This document shows positions 10,057 through 19,346 of a DNA stretch of 64,000 bases, in pieces. Source of the DNA: a phage; sequence record PZ445524.1, one strand, 5' to 3'. The notes beneath the pieces were generated by a model. That model was not told the DNA's origin. It did not search any database and saw nothing but the letters and a program-made list of their open reading frames with translations. A program made the translations under genes and the position numbers. The first letter of the stretch is position 1; every line of letters starts with the position of its first letter.

Positions 10057-10086
10057 ATTATACCACATCCTTGTGGTAAAGTAAAC
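10057..10086 (-). promoter_or_regulatory. early promoter (GTTTAC-N18-TATAAT)
   Basis: minus strand GTTTACTTTACCACAAGGATGTGGTATAAT; -35 overlaps gene 60 stop. Confidence 0.55.
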
Positions 10087-10430
10087 TACTGGCTCATCCA
10101 TTCTTTACGAAGGTCAGCATTATCTCCCATGAGCATTTCAAAAAGCTCTTTCCAGTTCTCAGGAAGTTTAACAACATCATATACTGGATTTTGAATCATT
10201 TCACGATATTCAGATTTTTCCAAAGAGCCAAGTCCTTTAATATAACGGATGCTATGTTTAGGTAAAGCATCTTTAGCACTCTCATATTCAGCGACTGTAT
10301 AAAACCATTCTTGTTTTTTACCGACCTGAGCGATGATTACAGGAGTTTTGACAAAGCGAATTCTTCCTTGTTCAAACAGTTCTGGCCAATTACTAAAAAA
10401 TCCGAGCAAAGAAGGATAAATAGAACCTAA
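10086..10430 (-). CDS. 60: DNA topoisomerase II small subunit gp60, segment 2 (codons 47-160, after the bypass)
   Basis: frame resumes with UUA right after landing GGA: LGSIYPSLLGFFSNWPE...; track ORF 10086..10409 is this segment. Confidence 0.9.
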   Translation of the reverse strand, partial: LGSIYPSLLGFFSNWPELFEQGRIRFVKTPVIIAQVGKKQEWFYTVAEYESAKDALPKHSIRYIKGLGSLEKSEYREMIQNPVYDVVKLPENWKELFEMLMGDNADLRKEWMSQ

Positions 10431-10480
10431 TCCAATAATCTCTTAATTATGAGGTATTTCTATAGATAGCCCGAAGGCTA
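10431..10480 (-). other. 60: 50-nt untranslated coding gap of gene 60 (translational bypass element)
   Basis: take-off GGA 10483-10481, stop UAG 10480-10478, UAGCC-UUCG-GGCUA hairpin 10481-10466, landing GGA 10433-10431. Confidence 0.9.
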
Positions 10481-10618
10481 TCCATCGTGATCTGCGTCTG
10501 TCATAATAGCGACATTCGCATAGTTCATTGAAGAGGATTTAATAGAACGACGAACATTGTTCTGCAATTTATATTTTTTCATATCAACGCTAGAAGAATC
10601 AATTTTTACAAATTTCAT
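10481..10618 (-). CDS. 60: DNA topoisomerase II small subunit gp60, segment 1 (codons 1-46)
   Basis: MKFVKIDSSSVDMKKYKLQNNVRRSIKSSSMNYANVAIMTDADHDG then UAG; GyrB-C-terminal-like TDADxDG motif. Confidence 0.9.
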
Positions 10619-11417
10619 TATACACCTCATAGAACTTTTCATCAGGAATCCAACCGCGTTTAAATTCATTAAATGCTCGGCCGAATAATTTTGAATTCAC
10701 AGTTATATTATTAACTGATTTCCATTTAGCAACTCCCGTTCGTTTATAATGATCGGGGTCATATTTCGTGACGTACCATTCATATAAATTTGGTATTAAT
10801 TTTACAGCCTCTGGATTTGTCGCTGATTTATTATACCATGGTTTCGCTTTTTCAAGTTCAGCTGCTTTTGCAGTAGCAGCAACAGTATTTCCAATACCAA
10901 CTAATTTTTCAGCTTTAATGCGTGGATCATTAACATGAAGACGAAAAACTTCGCCTTTTTCATTTTTAAAGCATGTCATGCCTTTAATTCCAGGAAGCTT
11001 AACACCTTTATTAACACCGCACCATTCCTTTGGGTTAAATGATCCTTTAATTAATAAGGCGCATTTACCCGATTTAATACTTCTCATTAAAACTTTATCT
11101 TTCATAAAGTTTTTTGACCATTCAGATACTGCTCTTTGATGGTAAATTCTAGCAATTTCATATAATTTACTAGAACGTAAATATTTTTCAGTGTTTAACA
11201 TTCTATTCATCGCATATGCCATTTCACGATTACGATGAATTTTATATAGTAGAAAATGTGCTAAAAAGTGTTCACGAAAAGTCAGTTTCACCAAATTTTC
11301 TTTATCATCAGAACCTCCCATTGATCTTGGAAGGATATGATGAATTTCACCCTTAAATTTAGAAACGCGGGTTTTACCCCGCACTATTAAGTCATTATAG
11401 ATTTTTTCGTAATTCAC
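10599..11417 (-). CDS. mobA: HNH homing endonuclease MobA
   Basis: 272 aa; HNH motif EIHHILPRSMGGSDDKENLVKLTFREHFLAH; located between 39 and 60. Confidence 0.85.
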   Translation of the reverse strand: MNYEKIYNDLIVRGKTRVSKFKGEIHHILPRSMGGSDDKENLVKLTFREHFLAHFLLYKIHRNREMAYAMNRMLNTEKYLRSSKLYEIARIYHQRAVSEWSKNFMKDKVLMRSIKSGKCALLIKGSFNPKEWCGVNKGVKLPGIKGMTCFKNEKGEVFRLHVNDPRIKAEKLVGIGNTVAATAKAAELEKAKPWYNKSATNPEAVKLIPNLYEWYVTKYDPDHYKRTGVAKWKSVNNITVNSKLFGRAFNEFKRGWIPDEKFYEVYNEICKN

Positions 11418-12948
11418 CTACTGTTATCCATTTACCATTAATCTGTACTTCATCATTTTCATTTACGATAATTGTATCGCCATTTAGTTCGAAAGTAAAC
11501 CACTCGCCATCTTCTTTTTCTTCAAACGCCTTTTCACCAAGAACTAGACCAGTGATTGCGCAAATATCAAATAGTTCTTTGTTTTTAAGCATATCGGCAT
11601 ATGACATACCCCAGCTATTAAGAACTTTACCGCGCAATGGATAACCACCATGAAGTTCTTTATCGCGAACATCAATAAGATATCCGATAGCAGAATCACC
11701 CTCAGTCAAGAAAAGAGTAGTGTCAGCATCTTTACCGCAAAGATTCGCTTTGATATGTTTATGAACCTTAGCTTTAGAAGCCTTTTTAGCTGCTTTAGTT
11801 TCTGCTGCTTTTTCTGCCGCCAATTTACGAGCCAAAGCAGCTTCAATAATCGGCATCAGAATTGCTTCATTATTTAGAATAGCGCGTGAAATCTTTTTAG
11901 CATCAAGCTGAATATGACTACGAATTTCACCAAATGGAGAAGTCAAACGCTCTTTAGTTTGAGAATCAAATCGCATGTTTTTCATATCACGAACAAACAT
12001 AACGATAGTCAAACATTCTTTAACACGTGCTTTAGTTACATCAATTTTGAACTTACGTTTGATTTGTGGAATAAGGTCTTCACAAATATCATCCATAACA
12101 CAGTCAATGTGATGGCCACCATTCTTAGTGTGGATGTTATTCACATAAGTTAATTGACGAAATCCATCCGGTGAACGACCAACCGCAATAGAACAATTTT
12201 CTTGTTCTTGAACAATAGCATGTTCATCATACTGCCGTGCATATTTCTTAAAATTGCCCTGAACCTTTTTACCATTAAAGGTAAATTGGATATCAGGATA
12301 AACAACAGCAAGTGTCTGGAGACGATCTAGTGTAATGTCAAGATAAACTTGGGACAGCTCATTAGTTTCAAATGACATAAAATCAGGAATGAAAGTAACA
12401 CGAGTTCCTTTCCATTTTCCAGGAATATCTTCCCATGATTTATTTTCCATGCCATTTGAACAACGAACTACAATATTATTTTGACCATCGCCAGTTTCAC
12501 CAACAAACATCACAGAAAAAATGTTTGTCAAACTAGAACCAACACCATTCATACCGCCAGTGACGCGTTCTTTATCATCACCAAAGTTACCACCTGCTTT
12601 TGGAATAGTCCATGCAGCAACAGGACCAGGAATTTCTTCACCGGTAGGTGTTTTAACCATCGCTTGTGGAATACCACGACCGTTATCTTCAACTGTTACT
12701 TGATTGTTTTTAATAGTAACATTAATTTTATTTGCGAATTTAAACTTAGTACGAATACCTTCATCTACTGAGTTATCGATAATTTCATCAATAAGCTTAA
12801 CAAGACCAGGTACATACTGAACACTTTCCCATTTACCAAACAGAAAGCGCTCATGCATTTCATTAGCAGAAGAGCCAATATACATGCCGCTACGCTTTTT
12901 GATATGTTCAATATCGCTCAGAATTTTAATTTCATTCTTAATCATCAC
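11395..12948 (-). CDS. 39: DNA topoisomerase II large subunit (GyrB-like ATPase)
   Basis: 517 aa; MIKNEIKILSDIEHIKKRSGMYIGS and GHKL ATPase motifs. Confidence 0.95.
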   Translation of the reverse strand: MMIKNEIKILSDIEHIKKRSGMYIGSSANEMHERFLFGKWESVQYVPGLVKLIDEIIDNSVDEGIRTKFKFANKINVTIKNNQVTVEDNGRGIPQAMVKTPTGEEIPGPVAAWTIPKAGGNFGDDKERVTGGMNGVGSSLTNIFSVMFVGETGDGQNNIVVRCSNGMENKSWEDIPGKWKGTRVTFIPDFMSFETNELSQVYLDITLDRLQTLAVVYPDIQFTFNGKKVQGNFKKYARQYDEHAIVQEQENCSIAVGRSPDGFRQLTYVNNIHTKNGGHHIDCVMDDICEDLIPQIKRKFKIDVTKARVKECLTIVMFVRDMKNMRFDSQTKERLTSPFGEIRSHIQLDAKKISRAILNNEAILMPIIEAALARKLAAEKAAETKAAKKASKAKVHKHIKANLCGKDADTTLFLTEGDSAIGYLIDVRDKELHGGYPLRGKVLNSWGMSYADMLKNKELFDICAITGLVLGEKAFEEKEDGEWFTFELNGDTIIVNENDEVQINGKWITVGELRKNL

Positions 12949-13014
12949 TTATCCTCGTTTGGTTTCGGGAATATTATACTCCAATAATCATAAAGCTAAA
13001 GGCCCGAAGGCCTT

Positions 13015-13284
13015 TTATTTAAAACGAATAGTCGAATCCTTGAAGAATAGTCCAGAACATACTGTTCCTTCTACTTTCTGCCCAGTAGGTCCAATAGCAC
13101 GAAATCCAGTATGCTGGAAATCATTTTCAGAGCAACCGAACCAATTATATCCAGTGATTTCAATATTAGTAAAACCACTTGAAGACAAAACTTTGGTTGC
13201 ATTATCAGCATCAGTACATCCTATTAAAGACACTGCTAATACTAATGCTGCAATAGAACGATTAATATATTTCATAATTTTCAC
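13015..13284 (-). CDS. putative lipoprotein (89 aa)
   Basis: N-terminal signal peptide with lipobox LIGC. Confidence 0.6.
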   Translation of the reverse strand: MKIMKYINRSIAALVLAVSLIGCTDADNATKVLSSSGFTNIEITGYNWFGCSENDFQHTGFRAIGPTGQKVEGTVCSGLFFKDSTIRFK

Positions 13285-13652
13285 TTAAATTTAATGGCTT
13301 GAAGAAGACTAATAACTCTCAAGCGGCTTCTTTCATCTTTAACTGTAAAAGAAAGAGGGTCACCAGATTTCATAGTGATAGTGCATCCAAAATCAAAATT
13401 TTCGGGAACTTCTTCGAAGAAGTCAAATTCTTCAGCATAAATTAGAACATTACTCTGCATACTGTGAAGAATTTTTCCATTATTTCCAGACGCTGTACTA
13501 ATCATCGTAACATTATGACCTTTCATATCTTCAACGATAAATTCGCTTGTAGATATTACAGCATTAATAGAACCATTCCTATAAATAGCAGACATTAGAT
13601 ATTTCTTTTCTTCGCCTTCGCGAATACGATATTTCTTACCGATTTTAAACAT
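13281..13652 (-). CDS. hypothetical protein (123 aa)
   Basis: track ORF starts at GTG 13658; first ATG at 13652. Confidence 0.6.
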   Translation of the reverse strand: MFKIGKKYRIREGEEKKYLMSAIYRNGSINAVISTSEFIVEDMKGHNVTMISTASGNNGKILHSMQSNVLIYAEEFDFFEEVPENFDFGCTITMKSGDPLSFTVKDERSRLRVISLLQAIKFK

Positions 13653-13654
13653 AA

Positions 13655-13831
13655 TCACCCTTTAAGTAAGTCGTAAAAACCACCATTCACATGCTTAGGA
13701 GCAGAAGGCCGACGAGTAGACAAACGATGACATTTAGGGCAAACATCATTTTCTCGTTCAGAAATCTTTTTAATTTTTTCATATTCATGCCCGCAGTCTT
13801 CAGATTGGCATTTATAATCATACATTGGCAT
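13655..13831 (-). CDS. small zinc-ribbon protein (58 aa)
   Basis: hand-translated MPMYDYKCQSEDCGHEYEKIKKISERENDVCPKCHRLSTRRPSAPKHVNGGFYDLLKG; two CxxC pairs; below track cut-off. Confidence 0.55.
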   Translation of the reverse strand: MPMYDYKCQSEDCGHEYEKIKKISERENDVCPKCHRLSTRRPSAPKHVNGGFYDLLKG

Positions 13832-13833
13832 AA

Positions 13834-14253
13834 TTATTCCTTAAAATGAGCTTTCAGCATCTGATACAAAGACCATGCCTGTTCATTATTTTCAATAGTA
13901 ACTTTCATTACCGGGAATTCTGTGAAATCTTCTATTTGTTCTTGCTCTTCCTGCTCTTGTTCTTCAGCAGCCTGATATGGATTTTCAACTTCGTCAAAGA
14001 ACCCAGCTTCGTTAGTAGAGAGCCAGATAAAGTTTTCGTCAAGGATATCACCGCCGGCACAACGTTTGAGTACACCTATGGATGTCATAATTTTAGTAGG
14101 ACGCCCAAGATAATCAGCATCTAAAATTTTAAAAGGCTCCATACCTAAACGTCGTGCATAGATTCCGTTATCAGTATGGTCTTTAATAAAATTTTCTTGA
14201 GCTTGTTTATTTTTAAATTGATACCATTTATTAACTTCAAATTTAATAGCCAT
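13834..14253 (-). CDS. hypothetical acidic protein (139 aa)
   Basis: ORF track; [10 protein letters not shown] acidic stretch. Confidence 0.6.
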   Translation of the reverse strand: MAIKFEVNKWYQFKNKQAQENFIKDHTDNGIYARRLGMEPFKILDADYLGRPTKIMTSIGVLKRCAGGDILDENFIWLSTNEAGFFDEVENPYQAAEEQEQEEQEQIEDFTEFPVMKVTIENNEQAWSLYQMLKAHFKE

Positions 14254-14468
14254 TAATAAATTTCCTTCCAGTAAGTTGTGCCGTCTTCAGTAATTTCACG
14301 AAATACACCGTAAATTGGCTGTTTATCACCGACTTTCTCATACACATAAACAGAAGTCAAGTGAGTAAACTTGCTAGTATGTTCCTTTTGAACTACTACC
14401 AAATTTGGATCAAATAATACATCTTCAAATTCGTCATTAGTGCAATTCTGAACAATTTTACGTTTCAT
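14253..14468 (-). CDS. hypothetical protein (71 aa)
   Basis: ORF track; 1-nt overlap with upstream gene. Confidence 0.55.
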   Translation of the reverse strand: MKRKIVQNCTNDEFEDVLFDPNLVVVQKEHTSKFTHLTSVYVYEKVGDKQPIYGVFREITEDGTTYWKEIY

Positions 14469-14481
14469 TATAATTTCCTCA

Positions 14482-14751
14482 TTAATTGAACATTGGAGCG
14501 ATACGTTTCAGAAGAGTAGCAGCACCTTTGGCGAATTTTACATCATGAAAAACAGTTTCTTCTTCCGTTACAACACGAACTTTAATGTTTTCACAATCCC
14601 AATTTTTACGAACAATCTTCAAAAGCTGCAGTAAATCTTTACATTCAGCAATATCGATAACACATCCACGAGAATCTTCCATTATCGCACGATAACCGTA
14701 AGCCATACCATAATCGTTGAAAGATTGCTCGATGATAATTAAGTTTTCCAT
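14482..14751 (-). CDS. hypothetical protein (89 aa)
   Basis: track ORF starts at TTG in leader; trimmed to ATG (MENLIIIEQ) after GGAG. Confidence 0.55.
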   Translation of the reverse strand: MENLIIIEQSFNDYGMAYGYRAIMEDSRGCVIDIAECKDLLQLLKIVRKNWDCENIKVRVVTEEETVFHDVKFAKGAATLLKRIAPMFN

Positions 14752-14775
14752 TTTATTCTCCAAGTTGTTTTCTGT

Positions 14776-14818
14776 ATCAGTAGTTGATATTGATATAGTA
14801 CCATAATCAACTACTGAT
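14776..14818. repeat. 13-bp perfect inverted repeat flanking a promoter -10 element
   Basis: atcagtagttgat (14776-14788) and atcaactactgat (14806-14818) are exact reverse complements, 17 bp apart. Confidence 0.8.
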
Positions 14819-14848
14819 GTATATAGTTTTATGAAAAAATTTTAAACT

Positions 14849-15346
14849 TTATGCACAGCGAGCTTTGCTATAGTGTTTAATCCAACTTTCAGGAATGACT
14901 TTGTATGTTCCTAAAAATACCGCGTTGTACAGCTTAACACCATCTTCTACCCACTGATCGGTAATGTATGCGCACATAGCACGAGTACGGTGTTTTTGAA
15001 CAACCCCTTCCTCATCTTCAGTAAATTCGAATTCATAAGGAGCAACGAACTTGATAGCTTGACCGAGTTTCCACTTAAAGTCTACACCTACATGCGAAGT
15101 ATCAATCGTTTCAATTCCTTTAGCAGGAACAGCTTTCAAAAACGCAGATTCAAGAAATTTCGCGCGAACATAACCAAACTGAGGTTTAGACTTTCCATCT
15201 TTAGGAATGATACGCACTTTTACTTCAGAATCTTCATCTTTAACGCCGTGTTTAAGCTGAATGCTTACAATTTCGACCAATTTTCCTGCTGCTTTAGAAC
15301 GGGATTTATCAGATACACGAGCAATTTCACCAATATTAATAATCAT
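14849..15346 (-). CDS. hypothetical protein (165 aa), MotB-region paralog A
   Basis: ORF track; C-terminal block CAYITDQWVEDGVKLYNAVFLG resembles that of 15423..15965. Confidence 0.6.
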   Translation of the reverse strand: MIINIGEIARVSDKSRSKAAGKLVEIVSIQLKHGVKDEDSEVKVRIIPKDGKSKPQFGYVRAKFLESAFLKAVPAKGIETIDTSHVGVDFKWKLGQAIKFVAPYEFEFTEDEEGVVQKHRTRAMCAYITDQWVEDGVKLYNAVFLGTYKVIPESWIKHYSKARCA

Positions 15347-15422
15347 AGTTATCTCTCACTTGTTAAAAAGATTTTATACTCCGCGGGACCATTATACTCT
15401 GGTCCCAAGAGTTTGTAAACTA

Positions 15423-15965
15423 TTAATTTAAAATAGCTACCACCGCACTACGAGGTACTACGCTAAAATCACCTGCATGAACAACGTTCAGAAGTTCAAC
15501 ACCATCTTCAATCCATTGGTCTGTTACCCAACCACAGACCGAAATAAATGGGGTCTTAATAGCTACTGCATGAGTCAAAAGGTCAGTAGGATCAACTTCT
15601 TTGAAGAGGATAAGCTCTGCTTCAAAGACTATAGTTTTAATTACTTCATCATTATCTAAGCGATGTGCTCGAATCACGTAAGCTTTATTCTTATCATACC
15701 AGTTACTTTTTGAAAAGCTTTTAACCACAAACTCGCCTTCACCAAAAGCATTAGTCAATGCTTTATAACCCAAATTTAGTTCAGTAGTTTTAATTTCAGT
15801 TTCAACCAGTTTGTAGGTTTTGCCAATTTCGATGGTCCGAGCAGTCATAAATGTTTCCTTAATTTCTAATGGTTTAACAAGAGTGCCGTACATGCTTGCT
15901 ATATCCATATCAAACGGTTTATCTACAGGATTCGGTGTGTATTCAGGATTATAATTAAATTTCAT
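15423..15965 (-). CDS. hypothetical protein (180 aa), MotB-region paralog B
   Basis: ORF track; C-terminal block CGWVTDQWIEDGVELLNVVHAG. Confidence 0.6.
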   Translation of the reverse strand: MKFNYNPEYTPNPVDKPFDMDIASMYGTLVKPLEIKETFMTARTIEIGKTYKLVETEIKTTELNLGYKALTNAFGEGEFVVKSFSKSNWYDKNKAYVIRAHRLDNDEVIKTIVFEAELILFKEVDPTDLLTHAVAIKTPFISVCGWVTDQWIEDGVELLNVVHAGDFSVVPRSAVVAILN

Positions 15966-15967
15966 AA

Positions 15968-16468
15968 TTATCTCATTTCAATAAAATCTACGAGTTCAGC
16001 ATGCGATTTGCGGAACATTACTTGATGCCCACCAATGATAACTTCATCTTCAGGAACTTCGTATACAGCGAGATAAAATCCTTTAGAAGATAATTCTTCC
16101 CGCTCTTCTCGTGTGAACCATCTCATCATATCATACTCACTAGCGAAAGCAAAATGATAAAGAGCTATAAACCATCCTGGAATATGATATTCTACTCCAA
16201 CATAATCTTTCTTGAACTTAGTATTAATTACTATATTAGCGTTTTTAACTAATAGTTTATCTTCGTGTGGTAAAGGAATTCTTTTATTATTATCGCTATG
16301 ATGCATAAAATTAGGTCTGTCATAACCTACGTGTAATAGCCACTCTTCGCTCCATGAATCTATTATACTCCTGTACGGCGTTATTTGAACACAAAGATTT
16401 CGACGTATTGTTATAGCGTCTTCATAATCAAGAATACTAAACGATGATTCAACACGATAAATTTTCAT
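15968..16468 (-). CDS. hypothetical protein (166 aa)
   Basis: ORF track; early promoter GTTTAC-N18-TATTAT upstream at about 16506-16535. Confidence 0.6.
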   Translation of the reverse strand: MKIYRVESSFSILDYEDAITIRRNLCVQITPYRSIIDSWSEEWLLHVGYDRPNFMHHSDNNKRIPLPHEDKLLVKNANIVINTKFKKDYVGVEYHIPGWFIALYHFAFASEYDMMRWFTREEREELSSKGFYLAVYEVPEDEVIIGGHQVMFRKSHAELVDFIEMR

Positions 16469-16532
16469 TTTTATTATCCTCAGTAGCTATGGTGTTATAA
16501 TACCATAACTAACCGAGGAAGTAAACAACTTT

Positions 16533-17216
16533 TTATCGTTTTGTTGGAAGAGATAGAGGATCGCATTCTTCCTCTGATGGAGCGTCTTCAAGACCCATAG
16601 CATACCGCAAAGCATACTTCATCATCAGGATGTCTTTCGCACAGTCATGAATAGAATCATGTGCAACAAATCCATCTAAAGTTCCCTTTGGAAGGGGGCA
16701 TGTGGTCATATCACGAACAAGGAGAAGTGCTTCAATTCTGGTACGAATATCACGCTGATTCCAGAATTTACATGGTTCTAACTTAAATGTGTCAAGTTCA
16801 TTCTCAGAAACACCATTAAGACGTTGAATATCACGAATGAGATCGACTAAAATTGGAAAATCAAACGACATTCCACGGCACCAGCCTTGAGATTTCCAAG
16901 GATCGATATTATGCGCATTGATGTAATCATTAAATTTTGCAATACCATCGATGGTGCTTACATCTTCATCTGATGGTGCAATATTTTTTCGAGCTTCAGG
17001 AGACTGATTTTTCCACCATTCGATAGTGCTTTTAGTAAAAAGACGATGTCCTTTTTGGCTTTTTAAATCAAATTTGATTTTAATGCCGCGTGAAACTAAT
17101 TCATCAAATGTTTCAACTACTTCTGGGTTAGGGTCAAAAGCAATTACAGCTAAATCAATAACAGCTGCTTTTTCACCACTTCCCATTGTTTCAAAATCTA
17201 TAATAAAATCAAACAT
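16533..17216 (-). CDS. dexA: exonuclease A (DEDD-family 3'-5' exonuclease)
   Basis: 227 aa, T4 DexA length; N-terminal DFET motif; position upstream of dda region. Confidence 0.85.
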   Translation of the reverse strand: MFDFIIDFETMGSGEKAAVIDLAVIAFDPNPEVVETFDELVSRGIKIKFDLKSQKGHRLFTKSTIEWWKNQSPEARKNIAPSDEDVSTIDGIAKFNDYINAHNIDPWKSQGWCRGMSFDFPILVDLIRDIQRLNGVSENELDTFKLEPCKFWNQRDIRTRIEALLLVRDMTTCPLPKGTLDGFVAHDSIHDCAKDILMMKYALRYAMGLEDAPSEEECDPLSLPTKR

Positions 17217-17491
17217 TAAATTTTCCTTGCTAAATCGCGAATTTGACCTACAGTATAGTCTTGAATATAAACTTTATTAATAGGTTCATCAATAAATTTT
17301 GCCATAGATTCAATATCTTTTTGCATCTCTTCAAGACTGTATATTATCTTTAAAGCTTTTTCGCGAATAGTAATATTTTCAGGACCAGAATTTTTCTCAA
17401 TGACAGCTTTAACATTTGTCATAAGAGATTTAAACTGACACCAACTTAATTCAATCATTAATAACCGCCTTATAAAGATGGCTAATTTCAC
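17216..17491 (-). CDS. hypothetical protein (91 aa)
   Basis: ORF track. Confidence 0.55.
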   Translation of the reverse strand: MKLAIFIRRLLMIELSWCQFKSLMTNVKAVIEKNSGPENITIREKALKIIYSLEEMQKDIESMAKFIDEPINKVYIQDYTVGQIRDLARKI

Positions 17492-17711
17492 CTAAAATGT
17501 AATCACTGATTGTAACAGTTTTTACTTCACCACAAAAGAATTCTAACGCAATCAAATCTCGTTCAATTTCTTCCAATTGAAGCATTAACTTGCCTGATTC
17601 AGTTTTCACATTTTTGCGATTTTTGCTATAAGCTATTTCATAAATTTCGCTTACTTTATCTTGAAGAAGATAAAACTGATCTTTAGTTATTTCCACGAAT
17701 AGCTTCCTCAA
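17451..17711 (-). CDS. hypothetical protein (86 aa)
   Basis: ORF track. Confidence 0.55.
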   Translation of the reverse strand: MRKLFVEITKDQFYLLQDKVSEIYEIAYSKNRKNVKTESGKLMLQLEEIERDLIALEFFCGEVKTVTISDYILGEISHLYKAVIND

Positions 17712-17717
17712 ATTTAA

Positions 17718-19037
17718 TCATACATAAAATACATCATAACGACCACGGGTAACACCAACATAAAGAAGTTGTTGGGCCAATTCAGCATCTGCATAATGAA
17801 TACAAGGCGTATAAATGAAAGCACGGTCTACAGACATACCCTGAGCTTTATGGAATGTTGATGCAGGAAGTGCTTTCACTTTACTGAACTGTGATTTAGC
17901 ATCCCAAAAATCACTCCACGGAGCTTTTCCGCCTTTGTTCCAATTTTTATAAGTTTCTGCCGTTTTACCTAAAAATAAATTAAACTTATATAGCTCTTCA
18001 TCAGATGAAATTATTTTAATCTTTTCACGATAATATTCATCATCGCCGTAAGTTTCTACTGTTAAATCCCAATGACGAATTAAGTATTCTCCAGAAACAC
18101 CACGAGCTTTAACAAAGGTTGATGTATACTCTGCTTCTATAATACGAACTAATTGTCCGTTATTAAAAATAATTTCTGACACAGGCTTTCCATCAATTTT
18201 ATATGTTTTAATTAATGGTTCCTGCATTACAATAATTTCACCGACAATAAAATCTTTATCAGTTTCAAAAATCTTTTTACGAATAATGCTATTTAACTTG
18301 TCAACAGATTTATTCGTAAATGCCATTACACGATTTTCAAACAAATCATCTAGTGATTTGACGATTGAAAAATAATTTACCATAAAATCGCGTAAAGCGG
18401 TATCACCAGTAAATCCACGTACTCCATGCCCGTCAACAACTTTATCATAAATCCACTTACCGTTACGAACGTCAGTAGCTACATCAATAATAGGAGCATT
18501 ACTGCGTTTAACTTCAGTGAGTTCACACTGATAAAAATCTTTATGTGTAAAGAATGGACTGATATAAGCAGTATTTTCTCCTGGGTCAACAGGTCTAATT
18601 TGCTTATTATCACCTATTCCAATTATGGTACACCAAGGTGGAATAGTTGAAAGCAGAATTTTAAATAGCTTTCTATCATACATTGACACTTCGTCGCAGA
18701 TTAATACCCTGCATTTAGCTAAATCTGGTACTTCCTTCTGCTCGAAGAGGACATTTTCTTCATATGTTACCGGGTTAATTTTAAGAATGCTATGAATAGT
18801 ACTTGCTTCTTTCCCTGATAGTTTTGAAAGAATCTTTTTAGCTGCATGAGTAGGAGCTGCTAAAATAATACCAGTTTCACCCGTAGATATTAAAGCTTCA
18901 ATGATGAACTTAGTAAGAGTAGTCTTACCAGTACCAGCAGGTCCATTAATAGTTACATGATGTTTCTTTTCTTTAATAGCCTTCATAACAATGTTAAAGG
19001 CATTTTTTTGACCTTCGGTCAAATCATCAAATGTCAT
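17718..19037 (-). CDS. dda: Dda DNA helicase (SF1B)
   Basis: 439 aa; Walker A GPAGTGKTT; T4 Dda length. Confidence 0.95.
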   Translation of the reverse strand: MTFDDLTEGQKNAFNIVMKAIKEKKHHVTINGPAGTGKTTLTKFIIEALISTGETGIILAAPTHAAKKILSKLSGKEASTIHSILKINPVTYEENVLFEQKEVPDLAKCRVLICDEVSMYDRKLFKILLSTIPPWCTIIGIGDNKQIRPVDPGENTAYISPFFTHKDFYQCELTEVKRSNAPIIDVATDVRNGKWIYDKVVDGHGVRGFTGDTALRDFMVNYFSIVKSLDDLFENRVMAFTNKSVDKLNSIIRKKIFETDKDFIVGEIIVMQEPLIKTYKIDGKPVSEIIFNNGQLVRIIEAEYTSTFVKARGVSGEYLIRHWDLTVETYGDDEYYREKIKIISSDEELYKFNLFLGKTAETYKNWNKGGKAPWSDFWDAKSQFSKVKALPASTFHKAQGMSVDRAFIYTPCIHYADAELAQQLLYVGVTRGRYDVFYV

Positions 19038-19345
19038 CGTAAATTCCCTGCAATTGGTATACTAACAATACGCCCAGTATCTAAAATTCGCCGATATAAT
19101 CTTTGTGTGTCTACATCAGGCTTAACATGTTTAACTTCTATTTTATTAAACCAAAACTTGCGTGGAGTCTCAACTAGTCTTGGAATTCCCATACCTAAAG
19201 CTAGTTTATATTGCTCTTTAAGAGTAGTAAATACTTTATCAGCAATCTCCCTTTCAAAAAATACAGCAGGACGATGTTCATCAAGTGGAACTGGCGCCGT
19301 AAATCCGTCTTTGTCTCGGTAAACTATCGCATATACATAAACCAT
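19034..19345 (-). CDS. hypothetical protein (103 aa)
   Basis: ORF track. Confidence 0.55.
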   Translation of the reverse strand: MVYVYAIVYRDKDGFTAPVPLDEHRPAVFFEREIADKVFTTLKEQYKLALGMGIPRLVETPRKFWFNKIEVKHVKPDVDTQRLYRRILDTGRIVSIPIAGNLR

Positions 19346-19346
19346 A

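Larger units (their letters stand above)
10431..11417 (-). mobile_element. mobA: mobA HNH endonuclease plus bypass-element cassette inserted in the topoisomerase large-subunit gene
   Basis: HNH ORF overlaps 3' end of gene 39 and 5' end of gene 60; 39 and 60 together cover one GyrB-like protein. Confidence 0.7.
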
